Position numbers and translations under genes: made by a program
NCBI GenBank assembly: GCA_028023455.1
Contig: JAQFVV010000008.1
Coordinates: 15,562,001 to 15,626,000 of the forward strand
Length of the DNA: 64,000 bases
Source of the DNA: Epiperipatus broadwayi
Taxonomy: Eukaryota; Animalia; Onychophora
Reading direction: 5' to 3'
Notes under the pieces: model-generated
Database searches by the model: none
What the model saw: the letters and a program-made list of their open reading frames with translations, nothing else
What the model was told of the DNA's origin: nothing
Shown here: positions 1-13,500 of the stretch, piece after piece
Numbering within the stretch: the stretch's first letter is position 1
How the letters are laid out: each line of letters opens with the position of its first letter

Positions 1-1867
1 CGCTATACCTATCCAGTCTTCGTATCAAAGGCCTGCATGTCGGCGATGACCACAGCATGCCTATCCACTTCGTTTTCATCCAGAAGTATGACTTTTCCTG
101 TTATTTTTAGGCTATTATGTCAACACCGCATTCTTCGTATTATTATTTCTTTTTGCTTCATGACCCAGTTTTAATGCTCTAATACTAAAAGTGCGCTTTG
201 CTCAAAATATATATATATATATAAATGACAAATATTACTAGCTAGATTAATTACTAATATTATTTTAGTTTTATTATACAATCCCATCGTCGTATTTTGT
301 TATTTATCTATTTAAGAGTATTTGCCTTGGGAAAAATAAAGGGTTCTTCTTACCAGCGCTAATTAACAGAAGTTTCATTAAATATTTTGTCATATAATCA
401 AATGTCATTTTCAAATATGTTTTCAAATGTATTTTATTTATTTTCACAACCTCAGTGGCGTGAAAATGTTTTGTATTATATCTGTAATGAATCTAGGAAT
501 GCTCCCCTAAATAATGTTAGTCACCACGTATCAGAACCGTAATCCAAAGCGTTAATAGCAATATTATGTAATTCTTTCTAATAATCGCTTGGCATCTTAA
601 TATTGGACCCACCAAAGATGTGTGTTTATTTATAATATATTATTTAGCTAATAAAGAGCATATGAGAAATATAGCGTGAATGACACTATGTAATCATCTA
701 ATGCTTGCTCATTCACGCACATACTAATGTTTGCAATTAATTTATAAATGTATAATAATTTATCAATATATTAAACTAATTTTTATTGTCTAACTTGTCT
801 GAGTAGTTTGAATTCCTCTTTTCTCCACTTCCAAAAGTACAGCCATGCTTATATATTTTAGTTTGGCCATAGTTAATAGATGTCTCTTTGTTTTGCTCAG
901 CTTTGCTAGTCGGCCGGATTAAAATTAATTCTCATGTGCCATCACTATTATGTTATTCATTAGGTGTTTGATATGGGTCTTAGAGAGTGGGTTCGAATTC
1001 AGGCTGGTTCCTGACTTAAATCTCGGGCTTGACTGGGTTTGAAGTACATTTTGTGAGTTCCAGCCATGTTAGATGGATAAACATGTTTTGACCAATACAA
1101 TATATGTATGCTTTCTGGTGGAAGCTTCAGTAATACAATAGATGCCAGATAGTAGTGCTTAATAAATCTTTATTCAATGCTGTTCTATTCAAATATCCAC
1201 AAACTAGTTTCAAGTTTATGGCTTTCATTAGTAAGGGACTTTTGAATAGTGCACTTGGACATTTTGTATTTAATGCATTTTTCCTTTACAAGCCATTTTT
1301 TATTTTATGTCACACTAGCAAGCTACAAACACAAATTGAAAATGCTGTAAATTATTTCATTCCAAGTCAATATACTTGCATAGTTATAAAGAACTAAAAT
1401 CAGTTCATTTTCTATATATTATGGTGATCTCAGATTTTTAGCAACTTCAAAACTCAACAAATACTTGAAGGAAATCATCAAGTTAAATGATTTAAGACTT
1501 TATTAATCAAAGCCACATATAAAATACATTTGAGAATTCCCATTCAAAAAAAGTTTTAATAAACTTTAAATATACATGCAAACTAAATTCATGCATTATC
1601 TTGGGTAATTATCCAAACTCTAGTTATTTAATTTATTTAACAATTTTCATTAATTTCTATTTTTAAATTATAATCTATGTACTTGATATTCTCAATAAGT
1701 TCTTATATTTTAAAATTATATTTTAAAATATGTATATCTTTAACCTGGTTATTGGCGAACTTTTATACGAAGATTCACTATAGCAATCATCAATTTGTAC
1801 TCATTATTCTGATTTATAATTGATTGTTTATAATTAAAAGAGATTTGAACACAGACTTTCAAGCTTC

Positions 1868-2653
1868 CTTCGGTCATCCACTCTATCTTATATAACCAGT
1901 AAACATGAGCACATATATATGAAAAAGATAAATGATCTATATATGTATGTCATGCTGAATCAGCACATCAATTGGTCTGCATCATTTCCAACACATATAT
2001 ATAATCATGCTTGGTTTTTTATTAAGATAGCAAATCTACAAACTTTAATGAACAGACTTCAATTCTCTACACTCTTCAACTCTTCAGTCATCCATATAAT
2101 TGAAAATCTGATGATGGTATGCTCAAACCCTTTGTTAATGCAATATTATTGTCACACTAATGTGGACTTTAAGTCACTCTGACACCTCATATATACGACT
2201 TTAATATGTCAATTTAAATACACAGAAGAGGGATGGGCAGAATACAGCCTGAATATGTAATATTTGAATACAAGTATAGTGTATATATTTAAATTAGATT
2301 GTAATTAAAAGGGATTGGAGCACATACTTTCAAACCCTTCAGTCATCCACTCTATCTTATATAACCAGTACATATGACGAGATACATGTGAAAAAGATAA
2401 ATGATCTCCAAAAAAAATATTTAATGCTGAACCAGCACTCATCAGTTGATCCAGATTACCATCTTCCACACATATATATTATATATAATCAATGCTTGGC
2501 TTTTTAATAAGGTAGCATGGACAAGCTTCAATCCTCTCCACTCCTCAACTTTTCAACCTTACATATCATTGAAAATCAGATGATGGAATGTTCAAAGCAG
2601 TTTTTAATGCCAATATTACTGTTATACCCATATTAACCTTAAGTCACTCTGAC
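1868..2653 (-). repeat. Two diverged ~315-bp direct copies (1868-2183, 2337-2653), probably a decayed LINE 3' region
   Basis: Both copies share 'gtcatccactctatcttatataaccagta' and end in 'aagtcactctgac'; period ~470 bp. The minus strand gives broken peptides such as HMYWLYKIEWM, similar in style to post-RT LINE sequence. Confidence 0.6.
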
Positions 2654-3665
2654 TTCTTATATTCACTTGTGAATATTTAGATAGATAAAACACAATTTTC
2701 TTTGCTTTTATTCTGATTATTGAAATTGTGTTATTTGTAAATTGGATTATCATCATTAATCATTATTTAATTATCATCATTATAAGTTTCAGTTGCACAT
2801 AAATAATAATCCAAATGGAGGATTGAAATAATGCCCATTGGAATCATTTTTTCATCATCAGATGATGATGTTCTTTCCCATCTGTTACCATTACCTATAC
2901 AATGATTATCCAATATGAGGCATAAAGATTATCAAATAATCATACATCTATTATTTTCCCTTTCAATATATATAAATTAAAGCAGATTTTTATTGATGAA
3001 AAATGTAAACACAGATTTTGGATTCATACATATATGTTATTCCTTGTTATTTTTATTATATTACTACTGTTTTAGCAGGATTTTATCTATCATTGTCTGA
3101 ATAATAAAGTGCCTGAGTAATTGTTGCTAAAAACATTAGTCAACAGACAATCGGATTTCAATTCACCTATCACATGATATATCTATTGATTATTTAATCT
3201 AATACAAAATTAAAAAATTATATTAAAAAGAGAAAAATAGTGTAAAATTAATTTGAAGATTTTTATTTATGATTGACTTGGAATTTGTAAACCTTCTTAT
3301 ATGACAAGAACAATCATTCATCAATATTGGAAGAGATGAACATGTAAATGCAATAAACAATACTCAGTATCATCAGCATTTATTCTATATGTTTTGGATA
3401 CTTGCCATAAAAGATTTTGCCAAACCTTAAAATGTGCCCCACATTATTAAAAAGCAATTAAAAAACCTATTAAAATTTTCAAAAAGATCTGTCTACATTA
3501 AGCATAGTTTTGTATTGGCTACAATAATCAATAGCTGCATCATGTCATATTTATTTTTTGCCATAGCATCTCTATCAGTAGCTATAAAGCCATTTTAAGT
3601 ACGCAGATGTTAGTATTATAATAATAATACACCATTTCTTATGCTTACAAAATATGCAAATACAA

Positions 3666-4200
3666 TATCAACTTTCTCAATACAAAATCAATGGATGCTA
3701 AAAGATTATCGCATCAAAATCCCTAACTAATGCCTACTCATCCAATATCTCCAGACTAGTTTCTAGCTTATAATTTTCATCAGTAAAGAGCTTTGGGTTT
3801 GAGTGCACTACAGCTAGATCTTTGGATCTAATGTATCTCTCCAGTGGCTACCTTTTATCTTTTTAATTAACTATAAAAATATTAACCCAAACAAAAAAAC
3901 ACAATAATATTTTCAATCAAAGCTAATTTGTTTGTATGGTCATATATTATTGTGTTTTAAGTTTGGGTTCATAGCTTTACAGTTAACTAAAAAAGTAAAA
4001 AGTGGTTACTAGAGAGATGTATTAAATTCAAAGATCTAGGTGCAGTGCTCTCAAATCCAAGGCTCCTCACTGATAAAAGTTATAAGCTAGAATCTAATCT
4101 GGGGATATAGGATGAGTACACATTTGATGTACAACTTTCTAGCATCTATCAATTATCATGGTTTGTTCTAAATGGCAATATTGTATGGAGAAAGTTGATA
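3666..4200. mobile_element. Foldback/MITE family F1, copy 1 (diverged long inverted arms)
   Basis: The left arm (tatcaactttctc...ctagcttata...gatctttg...) is the reverse complement of the right arm (...caaagatctag...tataagctag...gagaaagttgata). Homologous to 19307-19803. Confidence 0.8.
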
Positions 4201-4489
4201 CTATAATGGTAATAACAAGCAATCACATACATCAATGATCTTGAAATTATTGTATGTTATGCACAAGAATTTACATCAGTCAAAAATTTGAAAAGAATTT
4301 AATGTGCTTATATATATATATATTGAAACAGTAAGATTTGCTTTGCAGATCTTCATTTCACCTTTTCTCACCTCTTTCCTACTCTCATACCTTAGTTTAA
4401 ACCCCAGTGTATCGTAGTGTGTCTGCAATGCGCTTATATGCTGAAAATCCCGCCCAATTTTAAATCACGGTACAACGCTCGTGTTATAT

Positions 4490-6260
4490 ATATTTGTGTT
4501 TCTAATTCCCAGTATAAATAAATAGTGTAAATTATGTGTATGTACACGTAAAAGATATTTGTTTAAAAAGTAGGTTACATAGGTCGTAATTGCACGCACA
4601 CTGTGATATATTTATTTTCAAAACCTAAGTTAAAATAATAGTTTGCTGTTTAAAATTATTTCTGTTTAAATCTATTTATAAAAAGATATTACATTCGTAA
4701 TATTTGTTTAGTTTAAAATAGAATTATATTCGTCCCATAAGTAGATTTAAACATTGAAAATTAAAAGTAAAATAATTTTGTTTTAGATTTTAAAATCACG
4801 CCACATATTTTCTGTTTAAAATAAATGAGGGTTGGTAAGAAACAATAATTTAATTAATATGTTCTAGTAGCTTATCTAGAAATACAGCAGATGTCCCCTT
4901 AGGTAGTTTTTAATTAGCAAAAGTTTTTTTAATGAAATCAAAGTTTTAATCCGAGTGTCTACAGGACAGTTAACAATGGAAAATTAATTAAAATTTTGTT
5001 GAATTCCTATGGACATTCGGATGGATTTGATTGCAGCTTGATAAGATAGCAAATTTTGGTATTTTTGTTATGCTCCAGGGCAGTTCTATTGTATCATGCT
5101 GATATATATAGAGGGGTTTTCTTTTGTTTGTTCATTCAGCATTTTGATTTTATTGATTGATTTTCTGATTCTTATTCTAGTTCTAGATTATTGTATTCTA
5201 GTCTTAGAATTCTGACAGTAAGCAAGTAGCCTGCAAAGTTTTATTTTAAAATCAAGATTTTGTATTCAAATATTGCATTTAAAGTGTACTTTAATGAGTT
5301 TAAATTTACTGAGAGTTTAAACTGCAATCTTAAAATGACTGAGTAGAACCGGCAAGAGGGCTATTTTCCTTTCGGAAATGGTAGATTGCTGCACTCTACC
5401 ATCTGATGCCTTCACATAAGAAGTCCTGAAGACTGCCACCGCTGCTAAAATGTGAACTGTTAACCGGAATTTGCTGCCAAATTCTTATGAGTGCTGCTAC
5501 CATTAAGCTGGAAAAAGTCTCCACCTGAAACTACCTTCAAATGTCTACTTCTGACGACGTAACCCAAAATTAACCCAAGAGCTCTTGTGACCGTATATTC
5601 CTATTACTAAGGTATAGCTAATTCAATTGTTTCTATTTTGCTTTACCTTATAATTCTGTTTTATAATTCTTTAAATGTTGTAATTTAATTAATGGGTTCT
5701 ATCTCTATACTTGGGTTAATATCTGTTTTTCTTTTATTATGATGGTATGCCAGCATAGCTATCGACCGAGCGAATTATTCTTTTTTATTTAAATCAAGAT
5801 GCGGCCATTAACGCATTTTACATTATAAATTTGTCCCATTTTAGTATCTCATTTAATCGCTCATTCAAGGGCTATTTTAATATTATTCAAATATTTAATA
5901 ATTTTACAGTTAAAATCCAAAAGTTGATTGGTTTTAACATAATATGAGAATATGTGCGAGGTCAATGAATAAATACTTAACAAATGCATGATTGCGTAAT
6001 TAACTTATATTTTCTTTTAAAACCCCCCAATCATGCATTATCCCAATTAAATACGTTTATTATTTTGCTTAATTTTCCAAAGCATATAATGTTGAGGTCG
6101 AGAATGTGCGGACTTTCTTTCTTGAAATAAATATTTGGGGAATTGATTATGTGCTTTATCAAACTACATGACCTTTTGAAATATTTTATATACTTTATTC
6201 GAGTGTTGCTAGTAGGTGTATTGGGTGTTTGAGACCGCTTTACTCCTCCAAAGGGTTTTA
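4490..6260 (+). mobile_element. Solo-LTR-like or promoter island, unclassified
   Basis: CpG-retaining island with TATATATA at 5103-5110, TCATTC ~29 nt downstream, a GTAAGC donor-like site near 5218 and a GC-richer core. Boundaries are approximate. Confidence 0.3.
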
Positions 6261-8898
6261 AATGGCTAAGACCATTTCCTCTTCACTTTCTGCAGTTCCC
6301 AGTCAGAGTGTGTACTTGAATTGTCACACCTGGGAATTCTACGCAGTTGTCACCCAGTCGCTAAGTATTTGGATGAGTCCAGACTTGGGTTGCCACATGA
6401 CACCACTTCCTATGGATTTAGGGCAAAACGCCTTCCCATATTTTATTTCACTTATTTATTATATAATTCTTTATTTTGCAAAACTCCAGTGGTTTAAACG
6501 TATCACACCCTCCATCCTTTATGGAAGTTCCTCACTAGTACCACTGACCTCCCAATATAGTTCTATTATAATTATGAATATGCATGCCTTAATCACGTCC
6601 CCACCTAATAGCTTAATGAGCATCAGTCCGTTCTATTCTCTAATTCAAGAAATGTTATATTAAACTTTACTGTCATCAAACTGTTTTATTCAATTGTTTC
6701 TGACATTTACTTAAAACACCTCGCATATCTTCGTAAACTTTCTTAGGCACATTATCGTAATGTTATTGAATTAGCCCGAGGTATAGAGAATGCATTAACA
6801 ACCTATATATGTAAATTTTCATTAATATTGTTTTAAAACACAATCCTAGTAAACGTCACTATCTAATGTATGCAGACAGTGTGCGTATTATATATATTTT
6901 GAGTGTAATAAATCTTTTAAATTTACTAAATTTTGATTCTTTATTTTCTTGATCTATATCACTGTCTCAGTCTATATCTGTTATACATCTCTTTTGTGCC
7001 ATCCATAGATGATTTGTTAGCAAATCCAAGCTTATAGTGTAGTATAGAGTCTCTTAGTTTCTCCCTGATCACCGGCACCGGTCAAAAGGCTATATTAGTA
7101 GTAGCATCAGATGCGCTACCACATAGGTGACGCTGTGGAATTTAGACTTTAGATTCAAACGTAGGATATCTAGAAGGCAACCCCTCCTAGAGTGTTCAGT
7201 TTCATGTTTGGGGTTTGAATTCTGCAGTGTGTTAGCGAAATAGACGAATCTGACTGTTACAATATATATATATGCAATTATAAAACATGAAATTGATAAT
7301 ATATAAATAAAACTTACATAATCATCATATGTTTTAAAATGACTTTCTTTAACAGGTACAGATTTAAAGCTAAGAAGATCTTCAGATGATTTAGATAAAT
7401 GTCTGTAAAATAAAAATATGCATATTAAAACAGTTCATATGAAAGTATATATGTCTATACATAAAAGCATGCATTGTATTTGCATTTCTACAAAAAAAAT
7501 TAAGACTGTACTGAAACAATGACATTTGGAAACCATCAACAAAGCAATTGATTGACAAAGACGCAATATATAATGCAAGGTACTTACTTAAAAAGATGAA
7601 AAAGAAAAATTCTAACCATATAAAATCTGAAACACAATTGTTTATTTATTCTGTCATCACTATTCTTAAACTATAATGCAGATTACTCTTGATATTTATA
7701 AATAAATAAAAAACTTATGGATTCTATACTAATATGAATCTGTGACACATTCAGATCAGCTACATTTTGTTCCAAGCTTAATGAATGGTAAGAATAATGA
7801 ATAATATAATAGTTCGTGCTTTGTTGATAATGCTTTGTTTACAATACAGAATGTATTGTTAATTACATTTTCCTGCAAACATATATTTTTAAACATATAT
7901 ATATATACATACATATATATACAAAAAACATGAATACTTTTTAAAATCTATAGTATAGATATACAAATTAAGATTACAGTATAAAAAATTATAAAATATT
8001 ACTAATGCAATTATGAATAATAAATTGAGATAACATATTTACATATACTTTTATTGTGTGTGCGTGTTCATTTTTTCACATTCATTCAAAAACTTTTTTT
8101 TTTAAACTTAACTACACTATATATATATTTAACCAAATTAGACAAGAAAGTGTCAAACTAACTGACATTCTGGATTCAATGATATGCTACCAAACATTTG
8201 TTCTGAAAGATATTTTTTTTCCAATATTTTTTAATTTCAATAAATACACTTACAAACCCATTATAAGCAGAAGTAATCTCCAATTATTTTTATGTTTTTA
8301 ATTCATGTCAGCATTGGAATCTATATAAGCAATCCTTGCTTGCACTGAATGGCTTGGAGATAAGCATTTCAGATTGTTGACCATATTTTTCATTCAGATT
8401 TTAATCTTTTTGATGCAATGATTGATTACACAAATGTCATTTCATGTTATATCTTCTGTAACATAAATTCAATATAACTTTTATCAAAAAAAAATATTTT
8501 ACCATGGTTAGCATTTCAGGAGTACTAGCAATATTGCATGAATTTGTTTTTCTCTTCATTATTTCTTTAATAGATTCTTTTTGAACGCATGGCCCATTTC
8601 AGAATGATTTTTTTTTAATTACTAAACTGATAACTTTAGTTTTATTACTTAAAGAAAGTACTCTATGAATTATTTTAAATTTTATAGTAGCTATCTTCAT
8701 GCTTAGAAAACATTTTACTGAATAAAATGCAATATTATGTCAAACATGGATGGTTGGGGGGGGGGGGGAACATGAAAAAATAAAATGGTTGTCATTAAAA
8801 CTTATGATGAAAACATGGATAAGATTGCAATATTTGAGAACATTAGATTTGCTGAGTATCCAAAATACAAAAAAAATAAAATTCATAAATTTGGTAAA

Positions 8899-8979
8899 TT
8901 TTATGAATCTGTATTACTTATAGTATCCTAGTAATTATTTTTTTATGAATCCGTATTACTTATAGTATCCTAGTAATTA
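8899..8979 (+). repeat. 42-bp tandem duplication
   Basis: ttttatgaatc(t/c)gtattacttatagtatcctagtaatta occurs at 8899 and 8941. Confidence 0.9.
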
Positions 8980-9554
8980 ATTTTTGCTTATTGACATTTT
9001 TTTTTGGGGGGGGGGGGTTAGCATATAAGTGAAAATACCATATGTTGGTACAATAGATGTTGTTGCTCTCCTGTACTGACATTTTATACACAAATGATCT
9101 AATAAAGTCTAGAATAATGCATTAAAACATTAACACAACTTTTATCCTATATGCAAAAGACAGCAAATTGATATAAAACTTGGCAAAATTCATGGTGATT
9201 TTTCATTATCAAATAAAAATGACAAACAATCATCAGCGATTCATCATTGGTCTCAGGTGAATGTGAATCCTTAAAGTGATTTTAAGAGAAAAGAAAATTC
9301 AACTATTTGTATATATTCAAGTAAATAAACATTAAATGAATATTTAAGTGAATGGTCAGCCAAAGACACATGAATTAAATGTAATTCTTATACCAATTAT
9401 AAGCAACATTAACATGTATTTTGAAAAATTAATTAAATAGAAATTAAAATAAAATATTCAATAAATATAAAAAATAAAAATGGTAATAACAAGGATAATT
9501 AAAATGAATTTGTAGAAAAAATTACTATATATGAAACTGGATATTGTTAGTATG

Positions 9555-11150
9555 TCATCATCATTTTCAAATCCTCAGCTTCTCTTCTCATCACAACCAA
9601 CAAATTTCATATAACCATCTCATATGTTGTCTTTTTCTAGGTGTTTAAAATCTTAAAATCCCGTTAGACTTCAATTATCTATCTGTTATCATCTCTTCTA
9701 AAAATAGGTCCATCTCACCTTTATAATCTCTTACTTTCAATGATGTCAAGTCTTACATTTTTAATCCTTTCTGATTCTCGCAATATACATTTTCCCATAC
9801 TCCACCAAGTGGTCTAAAATTCTATCAAATATCTAGTCTCAGATCCACTAGTAAGAAGCAGCAAAACACATCTTATAATTGTTTACTTTTTCAATACTAA
9901 TACATGACTATCAATTTTCTTTTTTCTAAAAATCGATTGATCATTACTTCAGTTTTTTAGCATTTATCATTAGACTTATTTTTTTTATTTTCATCTGAGA
10001 ACTTTTTCAATATTTCCTGAAGTTCTGAAACAAAAACAACCACATCATTTGCTAAATCTAAATGACTTAAATAATCTCTGTGTATTTTTATACCTTTAGT
10101 TTCAAATTTTAATTCACAAATTATAATTTGTAAAATTGTTACAAAAAGTTTGCAGATATGGGAACATTCTGACTTACCCTTTATCAATGTTAATTTTTTT
10201 TTTTAGTATCATTCATGTAATCTAATTATTGCTGTAATCTAATCATTGCTGTTGAATTTTAATATAAAAAAATTCTTCCGAATATGACAATGTCCATGTA
10301 AAACTTTAATCTTTGTAGAAATGCTTAGAGAATCAAATGCCTTTTCATAATCCACATACACAAATCATAATGGCAATTCATATTCATTAGATATTTCAAT
10401 AATCTCTCTCAATATTTAGATATGATCCAACATGTTAAAATCACTTTTAAAAAGATCTTGTTCTTTGGTTGGTGAATCCAGTTTTCTGCAGATGAATTTA
10501 GTTATCTTGATAAGACTGTTAGGTCTGTAATTTCTAATTTTTTTATATTACCTTCATTAAATATCAATATTACTATTGTACCCTTCCAATCATTTGGTAT
10601 ATCTTTATCATTCAGACAAATTTTGCCAACAAATTTTCTATTTTTTTATGTGCTTCTTTTAGGATATCAATAAAAATTCCATAATTTCCTGGAATTTTTT
10701 TTTTTTTTTATAAATCTAATTGTATGCTTCATCTCTTCATTTAAAATGCTTGATAATTAAAAAGTGTAATAATTGTAGTGATTACTTTGTTTTCTTGCTC
10801 TACATTAATATATAATTCTTTGTAGAATTCTTCCACACATTACATGTGATTCCTTTTTACTAATAATTTCATCTTATTGTTGTAATCACTTTTCTTCTAA
10901 TACTAAAATGTTGTTTTATGCTTTTAAAACTTTTATTCTCTTCAATAGCTTTTCTTGGCAATTTACAATTACATTTTCTTATATCTTTATCAACACTTTT
11001 TCATAGTATTTTATAGAGCCTTAGATATTCAATTTGGTTCATTTTAAAATATTTGTATTATTTTATATATATATCCCATTTGAAAATTTAGTGGAAAATT
11101 GTTCTGTTTTGTATCAGCTAATCTCAGTTAATTTTGAATCATCCTTAAGT
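9555..11150 (-). mobile_element. Decayed RTE-like non-LTR retrotransposon (RT and 3' end)
   Basis: Minus-strand motifs KIPGNYG (KAPG.DG-like), YRPNSL, NEYELPL*FVYVDYEKAFDSL, YLSHLDLANDVVVF (FADD region) and GKRQHMRW; (GAT)n tail at 9555-9563; many stops and frameshifts. Confidence 0.85.
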
Positions 11151-11573
11151 ATGTTAATATTTTAAGAGGATTAATAAGTTGTAATTTAAATTCACTGCAG
11201 TTTTTCTGAAGATTAGAAACATCAACTGCTAATAATGCTTTTTTTTATTAGTTTTTGTTCAAGCTAATATCAAACAAAGTTATAAATTTTAATGTGTTTT
11301 ACAACCTAACAAGTGTTTAATTGAACACCATTAAATTATTAACATAAATTATGTCCTACAATCATATAAGTAAGCATAATATAGCTTTAATACTTAAGAT
11401 AATTTGCCAAACTATTTAATGTATTTATCATATAGTAGATTTAATCACAAAAGACTAAATCTTTCATACATTACTTTACAGACAAAAAAGTTGTAACAGT
11501 TCAAATTAAATCATTTTAAGATAAGTATTTCAATCATTTATAACAGTATTAATAAAAAATGTGATATATATAT

Positions 11574-13500
11574 TGTGACAGTCAGTTTTAAATGACTGCC
11601 ACAAAGTTGACTGCAAGCATTAGTTGCAGTCCAAACAAATGTACGTATTATAATAAAAGGAGTGGTCTGTGCAGGTATATTTCTCTGTTGCTTACACACA
11701 CACTATATTTAAAATAAATAGGATGAATGGTGATAATACGCCTATAAATAAACAAATGCGGACACCACATATAAATATGTATTTTGCTGTTAATAAATGC
11801 TATATGTTTTTTATTTATGATATGAATAAATGTGGCAGAGGGTTAAAGAAATTCTTATGGGAAACTGAAATGTATTTGCAAATAACCCAACAGTAAACAT
11901 ATTTTATTTTGATTTTATTTTATTTTAGATTCTCAAATGTTGTATTTTTTTTTTCTGTTGCTTGTTGAATATTCTTTTTGGAAAATTCAAAAACAATTTT
12001 TATGTGACAACAAGTATACAGTTTTATAATTTTTTTTTTACAACTTAATGTTCATGACCGCAGGCAAGCCAATGACCTCTTTCTTTTATCGTATAATGTT
12101 TTTGGAAAACAAGTGTAGAAATTGTATCAGTGGTAATTCGGCTTGACACCTATTCAAAATCATTTAATTAGATAAATGTAATTTTACTTTATTGTTTAAA
12201 GAAATCAAGGGATTGGAATTTAAATGGTTTGTGAAATTCTGAAATTAATTAAAAGATAGCTAAAATTAAATCCATTGTTTGGAATTGTTTAATTAAAAAC
12301 AGAAATGTAAAAGCAATAACTTGTGGAGGGGATGAGAGAATACGCCCTGTAATGGGGGGATATATAAAGGCTGGTCAGGTGAAATTTAGTTAGTTTAGCT
12401 GGGTTACATTGGTTGATACTCACATGGGCACTCTTACCCGTTAGCAGTATAGTTTCCGGAGTGTACAGACAAAAGGAAAAGAAAAAGAATTAGGAGTGTA
12501 AAAACTATTTATTCGGAATGCTGAATGTATTTTTAAAAGAATCAGACCAAGAAATATGATATTCATTGACTGAAAAAGAAAAATACAATTGAAATTTAAC
12601 CTAATGTTGTATATCGCTAAGGAAATGGAATCAGGATTTATTCGTGATTCAGCAATGGATATGGAGTAGAAAACCAAGTTCGGTACATTCGCACAGCTCG
12701 GAGTCCTACACAGCCATCCAGTGATGTGACTTTCCCTTTCTGAAAGTGTAGCTGCTATGGACAATTTGCCAACCTCCATATAGGCCCTGTGAAGTAATCA
12801 CCTGCACAGCAGATATATATCGCCCTCAAAATCATAGCCCGGAGAAGAACGAAGACTTCGGGAAGTATTATTTATGTTTTTTTTATATTTTGTTTTTTTA
12901 TGTCTTATTATGAGTAATTCGTCATTTGACTTAAATTGCTATTACTAAATGAACCAATGAATTGCGTAATTCAGTCATAAATATTTTGTTTGTGATTTTA
13001 ACGTAAAGCTACATGTAATTCATTGGAGTATCTAAATAAATTATAAAAGAATCGATAAAGTAAATACGAAATATTTCAAAATAGTTAAATAGAAATAATT
13101 GGGTGTTTTGGTCATTGGATGTATGTGTTTCGCTTTGAAATAATAGAAAATTTATTCCATCCGCTAAGTGCAGGATTGTTTTATAAGGAATAAAAGTATG
13201 TAAGACAGCGTTCCAAATAATTATTATTGTCCGCTATGGGCAGGACTCATATTCTGGAACTTTTAAGATTAAAATTGTAGTTTAGCACGAGTTTATTCCC
13301 CGAGTAAATTTATTCCATCCGCTAAGTGCAGGATTATTTTCATAAGGAATAAAAGTGTGTACGAAAGTGTTCCAAATCATTATTATTGTCCGCCACGTGC
13401 AGGACTCAGATTTTGGAACACTTAAGATTCTACTATCATTAACTCATGGCTAACTCATTTTTTTTGTATTATTATGAAACATGTACATACCATGGCCAAT
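11574..13500 (+). mobile_element. Solo-LTR-like island, unclassified
   Basis: Starts TGTGACAG; TATATAAA at 12361 with TTAGT ~25-29 nt downstream; internal 158-bp duplication. The right boundary is uncertain. Confidence 0.35.
13148..13430 (+). repeat. 158-bp-period direct duplication
   Basis: aaatttattccatccgctaagtgcaggatt...caggactca occurs at 13148 and 13306. Confidence 0.9.

Noticed and set aside
1-100. Minus-strand open frames (GKVILLDENEVDRHAVVIADMQAF...) after an AACAG
   Set aside because: There is no pyrimidine tract, the region is cut by the window edge and no product is recognisable.
990-1000. B-box-like GGTTCGAATTC
   Set aside because: No properly spaced A-box or cloverleaf could be built.
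3330-3600. piggyBac-like peptide AIDYCSQYKTMLNVDR on the minus strand
   Set aside because: It is a single weak motif with no TTAA/TIR support.
8756-9017. G13 and G12 homopolymer runs
   Set aside because: These are simple repeats with no further structure.
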